From positions 73,718,001 through 73,782,000 of the forward strand of contig OX597825.1 of the NCBI GenBank assembly GCA_951406725.2: a stretch of DNA of 64,000 bases, in the 5' to 3' direction. The translations under genes were made by a program, and so were the position numbers. The DNA is from Octopus vulgaris. Its lineage: Eukaryota. The notes under the pieces are model-generated. The model did not search any database. It saw only the letters and a list, made by a program, of their open reading frames with translations, and was not told the origin of the DNA. Below are positions 55,562-64,000 of the stretch, one piece after another (the stretch's first letter is position 1; the number at the start of each line of letters is the position of its first letter).

Positions 55562-55659
55562 GTGTGTGTATGAGCTTGATGGTCTTCCGCATAGATACCA
55601 TTTACAAGAATTCATATGTATTGGGTGACTAAATTTAACACACCAAATAATTGATGGTT

Positions 55660-55860
55660 TCAAGCCCAGTAATTTCGGAGAAGATGGTGGTGGTGGTGGT
55701 GTGGGGGGGGGGGCAAGTCAGTTACATCGACCCCAGTACTCAACTGGTACTTATTTTATCTAACTTGAAATGTTGACAGGCAAAGTTGTCTTCAGAGACA
55801 TTTGACCATAGAATGTAAAGACAGACGAAATGCCTCCAAGTGTTTTGTCCTGCATGTTAA
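55660..55860 (-). mobile_element. SINE family A, degraded
   Basis: 'catcgaccccagtactcaactggtacttattttatc...aaagacagacgaaatgc'. Confidence 0.7.
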
Positions 55861-56112
55861 ACACACGAAGCAAGTACTATAAACGAGCTAAGCACGTCTA
55901 GTTATTATAAAAGTTAACAAGACAATCTCATTTCGTATGACATGTAGCTCATAGACAATTCAGAAGCCACATTAGTCACCAGCAAATAGACAAATCCATT
56001 TAGCGACGATTATAATCCATTATAACACCGACATTTTAATTCGTGTATACGTATGACTTTATAAATATGACAATATAAATTTCACTTCGTTATAATATAA
56101 ACAGTCAAAATT

Positions 56113-56167
<55 letters not shown>

Positions 56168-56253
56168 AAATAAGGGTAGGGGAATTGATATTAATCAATT
56201 AAAACCAGTGGCCTAGCATATTTTAAAAAAATCAGAAGATTAAAAATTTTACA

Positions 56254-56420
56254 CATACAAAATTTAGAGGAAAGACCACTAATAGTGGACAGCCTGTATG
56301 CTAGATATAGACGTCAAATGTGTTCTCAAGAGAACACATTCTTCGTGGTAAATGGCGAGTTTGACGTCTATATCTAGCATACAGGCTGTCCACTATTAGT
56401 GGTCATTCCTCTAAATTTTG

Positions 56421-56424
<4 letters not shown>
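56254..56424. repeat. Fold-back inverted repeat, ~65-bp arms, with nested hairpin
   Basis: Arms ~56254-56318 and ~56359-56424 differ at one position; spacer holds 'atgtgttctc-aa-gagaacacat'. Confidence 0.95.
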
Positions 56425-56457
<33 letters not shown>

Positions 56458-56979
56458 GAGGAGAATGAAAACAAACAAGAACAATCTGTATATGATTTCA
56501 AAGGTTGATGTATATATTCATTCAATCCATATTACCAAAATTCTCCATGGTATACAAAATACATATACAGATGCATTCATCTATATGATATATAAAAAAT
56601 TTCATGGAATTTATAAATACATGTTATAAATACATGTTTGGCCCTATTTCCGTTTCCCACCATCTGCTCTTTGAATCAGTAAGCTTTTGTTTGTTCTTAA
56701 TTCAAAAGCTGTTTGTATCCAAAATACGAACGTTGGTCAGATTTTCCCCACTCAACGAACAACATAGACTTTACATGTAATTAATTAGACTCGCTATACG
56801 TACACCTCTGATTGCATCGAATGTATAGAATTCCACATACACACAGAGAAACACACAAACACACAAACATACTTGTATACATACAAATACACACACATAT
56901 ATATATGTTCATATGTTTCTTATATATATATATATATATTATATATAAATAAATAAATTGATATATATAAATAATACTA

Positions 56980-57047
<68 letters not shown>

Positions 57048-57051
<4 letters not shown>

Positions 57052-57241
57052 GAAATTTACACGAAAACAAAAGACGCAGATATGTGTAAGAACAGCAAGC
57101 AAGTGACTTAGTTTAACGCTCGGAAAAATGAAAAAGTCTTTGACGTTTCGAACCCACGCTTTTCAAAAGAAAGAAATAAGAGATAATGAACAGAGACAGA
57201 ATGAAAAAATCTTGAAGATTTCAGCGGTCCAGGATGGCGAA
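57048..57241 (-). mobile_element. Penelope-like pseudo-LTR fragment (family F1), degraded
   Basis: Minus strand 'ttgaaaagcgtgggttcGAAACGTCaaagac'; (TA)n on both sides. Confidence 0.55.
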
Positions 57242-57276
57242 TATATATATATATATATATTCCACACAGCCACGCC

Positions 57277-57409
57277 TGCCTTTCATCCTTTCGGGGTCGA
57301 TAAATAAAGTACCAGTTTCGCACTGGGGTCAATGTAATCGACTTAATCCCTTTATCTGTCCCTTGTTTGTCCCCTCTACGTTTAGCCCCTTGTGGGCAGT
57401 AAAGAAATA
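57277..57409 (+). mobile_element. SINE family A 3' part
   Basis: 'gcctttcatcctttcggggtcgataaa...gtgggcagtaaagaaata'. Confidence 0.85.
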
Positions 57410-57747
57410 TATATTCAATTTATTTTTTCTTCTAACCTTTCTTTCAAGACTACAACCAGGTAAATGCAACGCTTACGACGTGGTTTCTTCATTCAAAAAG
57501 GCAGTTGAGCGCGACTAATTCACAAATGTAAGGTGGGGTCAGCTACGTTGGTAAATATATAAAGCAAACACGTTATGATGTCACGTGACCTGGAAATGAC
57601 AGCTTCGGCCTGTTCAATCGGAGCTGTTAGTTGCCATGACTTTTAATGTAACATGCTAAGACTGTAACTAATCTAATGAAAATATGAATAGATTCTTTTT
57701 TTTGCTTTGTGTAAAGCATTCACTCCATATATTACCATTAGTAAATG

Positions 57748-57892
57748 ATATGTATGTATGCATGTATGTATGTAAGGATGTATGTGTGTATGTATGTATG
57801 TAAGGATGGATGGATGGATGGATGGATGGATGGATGGATGTACGTATGTATGTATGTATGTATGTATGTATGTATGTATGTATGTATGTATG

Positions 57893-57923
<31 letters not shown>

Positions 57924-57944
57924 GGATGTAAGGATGTATGTATG

Positions 57945-57975
<31 letters not shown>

Positions 57976-58040
57976 GGATGTAAGGATGTATGTATGCATG
58001 TATGTATGTATTTGTGTATATAAGGATGGATGGATGGATG
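57748..58040. repeat. (TATG)n/(GGAT)n tetranucleotide block
   Basis: Directly visible. Confidence 0.95.
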
Positions 58041-58357
58041 CTTAGACGTATCACTCTATGTATATGTGTTTGTGTATGTATGTGTACAGTGTGTATATAT
58101 GTTATACATATATGCACATATATATATATATATATGTACACACACATATATATACATATATTACTCACACACATATATATACACACCGACAAATACATAT
58201 ACATAAAACATATATGTGTGTATGAATATGTGTGTATATGATCGCGTATATACACACATATGTATATGTAGATGTGTGTGTGTGTTATATTTAGATATAC
58301 ATATATATAAGTGTGTGCACGTATTTATGTGTATAAATATAAATACGTATATATATA

Positions 58358-58423
<66 letters not shown>

Positions 58424-58467
58424 GAGAGAGAGAGAGAGAGATAGATAGATAGATAGATAGATAGATT

Positions 58468-58529
<62 letters not shown>

Positions 58530-58925
58530 CAAACAGACAGGCTTATAAGCTCCTCTCTTTGACTGCATCTCTTGTTTCCCTCCCAACATCTTTTAAAGAC
58601 ATCAATATTAGGGATGATTGACGCGTTGATAGCCACGTGACTGTCACCTCAGTGGAAGACAAACAGCATAACGTCCGCCATCTAAGTACACACTGACTTG
58701 AATAGTAAATAGTGTGTAAGTGTGGCGTGGCCAATGAGAAGTGTAAATGTTTACGTATGTTGCAATGTGTAATTCAACGGCAAAGCTGGGCTTTAGCTAA
58801 TGAAAACGCTCTTCTGCGACATTATTACCAAGTGACATTTATATCAAACAGCTTTTTGATCTACTTCGGAAAGTACTATTAACGGACCTTATATTGATAT
58901 TAAATATTGGTGTTACTTGCTGCTG

Positions 58926-58978
<53 letters not shown>

Positions 58979-59000
58979 GCAGCTGCTGCTGCTGCTGCTG

Positions 59001-59049
<49 letters not shown>

Positions 59050-59054
<5 letters not shown>

Positions 59055-59252
59055 TTTTACTTGTTTCAGTGATTTGACTGCGGCCATGCTGGAGCACCGC
59101 CTTTAGTCGAGCAATTCGATCCCAGGATTTATTCTTTGTAAGCCTAGTATTTATTCTGTCGGGCTCTTTTGCCGAATCGCTCAGTTACGAGGACGTAAAC
59201 ACACCAGCATCGATTGTCAATCGATGTTGGGGGTACAAACACAGACACAACA
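59050..59252 (-). mobile_element. SINE family B 3' arm ending in (CTA)n
   Basis: 'actcttttacttgtttcagt...ggccatgctggagcaccgcctttagtcgagc...aaacacagacac'. Confidence 0.88.
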
Positions 59253-59312
59253 AAGATATACACACGTATATATGAAAATCACGTATATTGAACAAAATAT
59301 GGTTACAATAAG

Positions 59313-59457
59313 AGCAGGCGTGGCTGTGTGGTAAGAAATTTACTTCGCAACCATACGATTCCATGCTCAATCTCACTGCATGGCACCTTGGGCAAGTGTC
59401 TCTACTATAGCCTCGAGCCGACCGATTTGGCAGACGGAAACTGAAAAGACGCCCGTC

Positions 59458-59525
<68 letters not shown>

Positions 59526-59765
59526 GTATGAGTGTGTCTTTGTACCTGTGTTTGTTCCCCATATCACGGCCCTGACAACCGATTTGGGTTTGTTTAGGTC
59601 CCCGTAATTTAGCGGTTCGGCAGAAGAGGACTGTAGAATAAGTACTAGGTTTTTGAAAGAATAAGGCCCGGAGTTGATTTATTCAACTAAAACCTTTAAA
59701 GGCGGTGCGTTGCTCCAGCATGGCTGCTGTCAAATGACTGAAACACGTAAAGGAGTAAAAGAGTA
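59313..59765 (+). mobile_element. SINE family B, full length
   Basis: Head 'gcaggcgtggctgtgtggtaag', central (TA)n, tail 'gtcaaatgactgaaacacgtaaaggagtaaaagag'. Confidence 0.9.
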
Positions 59766-61589
59766 CATATATAATGATGCAGCGCTCCTGTTACAGGAGG
59801 GCCCCTATCTGAAGATAGTCAAGTAATCTCACAGGTCGCGGATCACCCTGACCACCAAGTAAACCAGTTCTCTTTCAAACTGTTAGTTTTTCAATCTACA
59901 GGCGAATTTTCAAAATTTTCCCGTGAACCCTAACCATTTTCGCCACTGTTACTATCTTTTGACAAACTGAAAGTTATGAGGAAACAAAGTTGGTGTTGAT
60001 GTTGGGTGGAGGTGGTGATGGTGGTGGTAGTGGGCACGAAACTTTTCTTTTATGCTGTAGTATTACAGTTCTTTACTTTTTAATTTTTCACTTTTTCTCA
60101 GTCATTGGACTGCAGCCATGCCGCAAGGGTTTAGTTGAACCCCCTCCAAAAAAAAAACAACAAAAAAAAGCAACCTCAGTTCTTATCTTTAAGTGCGCCA
60201 CGTATTCTATCATTCTCTTTTGTCGAACCGCTATTTAACGGATGCTTAAACAAAGCAATTCCAGTTGCCAAAGGATGATGGGGGACAAACACAACACACA
60301 CACACATACATGCATGCATACATATGTGAATATTTCTTCGAAAATCATAGAGAAGGTGGATAACTTCGAAAGCTCCAGCATCTAGACTCTGATTATATAT
60401 TTACATTTATATGTGTATGCGTATATGTATATAAATATAGGTTTATATACATAAATATATGATGTATAGGTAAGAATATAAAGATAGGGAAAAGAAAGAG
60501 TGGGGGAGAGAGAACAGGTTGAATTTGTGCTGTCTTTTATTGGATATTGGTGCGTGGCTAATCCCTTATTCGAGTTGGAAGAGGGTAACATACGTGGCCG
60601 TTCCACCTGCTAGAGATAGAAAGTAAATCTGCATCAAACTAATCTATAACATCTTAAAGAAATTCGGGATACGGATAACAATGTCGAAAATACAATGCCT
60701 GATGTACAGACGAGATTGGCACAGGTGGAATGTCATTGTGCTCAAATGGAGCTAATCAACAACTCCAACGACCAATTATGAAGAAAGTGTACAAGTCAGA
60801 CTTTAAACTTTTAACAAGCAATAAATCATTAAGAATTAATTAGTGAGCGCTAAATGATAAATCATTGAAGTTTCTTTATGATTTGTCTCTCTGTTTTAGA
60901 GTCAAAATAACAGGATACGTTTTATGGTCTTTTATGCGTTCTTAGTTTGTAAATATCTGTAAAAATAGGAGAGATTTTTATGGCTCACAACTGTGAACAC
61001 AGCCCAGGTTATATAATGTTTGTTTTATTATTTTTCTTAGTTTGTAAACGACAGTAAAACATGGGAAAGATTTTATAGCAATTTCCCGACCGTTTTAGAA
61101 CATAACTAACAGCAAACAGCGTTCATTAGATCTTTGCAGCGCAATATAGGTATACGTGTATAGTTTGCTCAATATTGGCAGGAGTAGAGTCACACGTAAT
61201 TATGGCTAGCACATGAAGTGTTTATGGATAGATATACAGATATTAATGAAGGTAGTTCTATTGAAAAAGGCCAGACAAACTGCCATTAAAAGCAACCTCT
61301 TGGACATTTGTTTCGGATGTCATACAATAAATTATACAGAAGAATATTTAAAAATCATATCGATCGATGCGGTGTCCGACCATCTAAACAAAATGGCGTA
61401 CTTAGATCACATTGTGTCCTGCTGAGATAAAAATAAACAAATATAAATCCTCAAATAATAAGACTGAAGAAATACTTCTGTACACTCTCACATATGTACA
61501 TGCGTGTTGCGCATATACATACATACATATACATAAATATTTATATATATATATATGTATGTATGTATGTATATGTATAACATGATACG

Positions 61590-61629
<40 letters not shown>

Positions 61630-61999
61630 AGATCGAGTATATGTTTATATATGTGTGTGTGCGTGTTTATTGGTGTTTGATTTGTGTTTCTTTTTTTGTA
61701 CAAGAAAAATATCAATGAAGAATTTAGCTTACAGAAAACAAATACATAACAAAAAACAAAAGAAACAAAAAAAGACCTAAAGCAAAACATTCAAAGGAAT
61801 GTGCATCAAGCTGGCAGCCATTGAAATTTTTAATGAAAGGCCATAGAAAACAAAATAGGCTTGTGAGTGTTTCTCGTCGTTAGTGACCAAACAAGTGACT
61901 TCGCTAAAGCTTTCTTTAGAAAACAGAAACGCCATCTTAAAAGTGTCCTTTCCTCCTTGAAACTTAATAAGGTCACGCCAATCACGCCGACTCCACTCA

Positions 62000-62005
62000 C
62001 TACTG

Positions 62006-62039
<34 letters not shown>

Positions 62040-62218
62040 CACTACTACTACTGACATTGTCATTGTTGTTATTGTAATTAATATTTTTGTCATTAGGGCC
62101 TCCTCCATCTCAGCATCATCACCATCGTCAACATCGTCATTATCGCCATCATCGGAGTCATTGTTATCAACTTCATTATCGGTATCACCACCACCACCAC
62201 CATCATCATCATTATCAC

Positions 62219-62261
<43 letters not shown>

Positions 62262-62428
62262 GTCATCACCACCATGTGTATCGTCATTATCAGTGTCATC
62301 ATCATCATCGTCTTCATCGTAATGATTTTCGATTCTCAACATCAGCACCTCACCACCCCCACCCCCCCCCACCACTATCATCTTCATCGTCACCCTCCTC
62401 CTCCTCCTCTTTTCCTCCTCCTCCTCTT
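62000..62428. repeat. Degenerate (CTA)n/(CAT)n/(CCA)n/(CCT)n trinucleotide region
   Basis: Directly visible; explains the poly-H/S/D ORFs. Confidence 0.93.
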
Positions 62429-62549
62429 TTGAGAAATGTTGTCCTTTAGACTATTCCTAATTAATGAGGAAAGAAACTTTTCTCTTTTTTTAGGCGGAAT
62501 ATTGCCTGAAACAACACCAAATCGTTGGACAAAAAGCCTTGGCTACGAC

Positions 62550-62870
62550 AGAATCTTCCCAACCACATGGTTCCGGGTTCAGTCCCAATGTGGGGCAGCT
62601 TCGTCAAGTGTCCTCTGCTATAGTCTCGGACCGATTAAATCCTTGTAGTGGATTTGGTAGACGGAAACTGAAAGAAACCCGTCATATATATACACATATA
62701 TGTATGTATATATTTGCGTGTCTGTATTTTTACCTCCAACCATCGTTTGACAACCGATGTTTAGTTCCCGTAACTTAGGGGTTCGGCAAAGAGACTGCTA
62801 GAATAAGTACTAGGCTTACAAAGAATAAGTCCTGGGGTCAATTTGTTCGACAAAAGGCGGTGCTCCAGCA
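62550..62870 (+). mobile_element. SINE family B, near full length
   Basis: 'cttcccaaccacatggttccgggttcagtccc...ggaaactgaaagaaacccgtc...aaaggcggtgctccagcat'. Confidence 0.85.
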
Positions 62871-63481
62871 TATTTCTTGGCCCTCTCTTTCTTTAACTCA
62901 CTATTTCTCACTCGTTTATCTCCCCCTGTATCTTTCTCTTTGTCTGTTCTTTCTATTCTTTCCATCCCGCTGCCCCCTGCCCATCTCTCCTCCTTCCACA
63001 TGACCGGTGTCCGGCTAGCTATGATCTTTCTTTCTGGCCAGACTGTCGACCGTCTACACCTCTTATGTCAATCTCCTATGTTCCTACCTTTAGGCTTTCA
63101 CTTCATACACGCCAGCTCAAGTTGATTCGTTCTCAGTCGAAAGACACCTGTTGTTATTTTCTAGTTTGTATTCGTAATTGCGTACCATGTTCTCCATTTT
63201 TCGCCTTTTTCTGTAGCATGTTCCTCGTATTCTGTCTTTGTTGCCGTTCACATTCGCTAAAAAGGGGTCTAATGCTCTTAGCTAAGACTTTTTGCGGAGA
63301 AACCAGATCGAACCGTCTCAAATGTAACTGCTCGAAACGGCCGTGACTTCTCGGACTTGACTGAGGAAACAAGGCCACAAATGACCTGTCTCTTTTTGCC
63401 TGTCCTTCTAATTGTTGTTTCTCTTGTCCGCCTTGTATCGTCTATTTGTCCGAATGTTTTATTGTACCCTATTGCGTTTTT

Positions 63482-63566
<85 letters not shown>

Positions 63567-64000
63567 ACGACCTCTGTATATCTAGACATCTACATCTTAC
63601 ATAGGTCAACTTTTCCTTTTCTCCTTCCGAGTTGCAAAGTCAACTCGAGACAAAATATAATAACGAGTGTCGTTCCACCTTTGTATATGCTCATTATAAA
63701 TGCTATACATAGTTTTTCAATCTAAGGCTTTTGAAATGCCTATATTAATATCATTCTGGCCTAGCTAGCTTTCGTTCAAATCAGTAAATGCGTTGTTTAA
63801 ATATTTCTATACCCGAACAAACGTTTTCAGTTTCGTTCAGCATGAGAATTCGTCACTGAGAGGACCGCGTCAGGTCGAAACAATGTGTCTGGTGATTCAC
63901 CGGCGATCTGAACGATGCGCTGCATTTTGATACACAAATTTTCTTTAAAAGATTTTCTGTCGGACAAATTATTACAACTAGTGTCGTTTTAGCTTGATAA

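Noticed and set aside
60925-61080. Diverged direct repeat 'ttcttagtttgtaaa...agatttta'
   Set aside because: Two short AT-rich copies; too weak to assign a function.

Overview
AT-rich, microsatellite-saturated eukaryotic intronic/intergenic DNA. The SINE families resemble those of coleoid cephalopods, most likely Octopus (inferred from recognition, not searched). I found no credible host-gene exon: nearly all supplied ORFs are read-throughs of (TA)n/(CA)n/(TATG)n/trinucleotide tracts or of SINEs. Content: (1) several tRNA-headed SINE families (working names A, B, C, OR-like, RTE-tailed), some with clear TSDs, including a TSD-bounded head-to-tail hexamer of SINE A with 183-bp period; (2) decayed non-LTR retrotransposon coding relics: Penelope-like GIY-YIG endonucleases (24.6-25.2 kb +, 6.7-7.4 kb -), an R4/Dong-type RLE fragment, an RTE C-terminal zinc finger and a CR1-group 3' end; (3) short elements lodged in (TA)n tracts that carry minimal type-I hammerhead ribozyme motifs like those of Penelope pseudo-LTRs; (4) several long fold-back palindromes. 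Best leads: the (TA)n-associated hammerhead mini-elements, SINE A multimers with a recurring junction, and a LINE/SINE 3' stem-loop conserved in structure but not sequence. All alignments were done by eye and coordinates of degraded elements are approximate.
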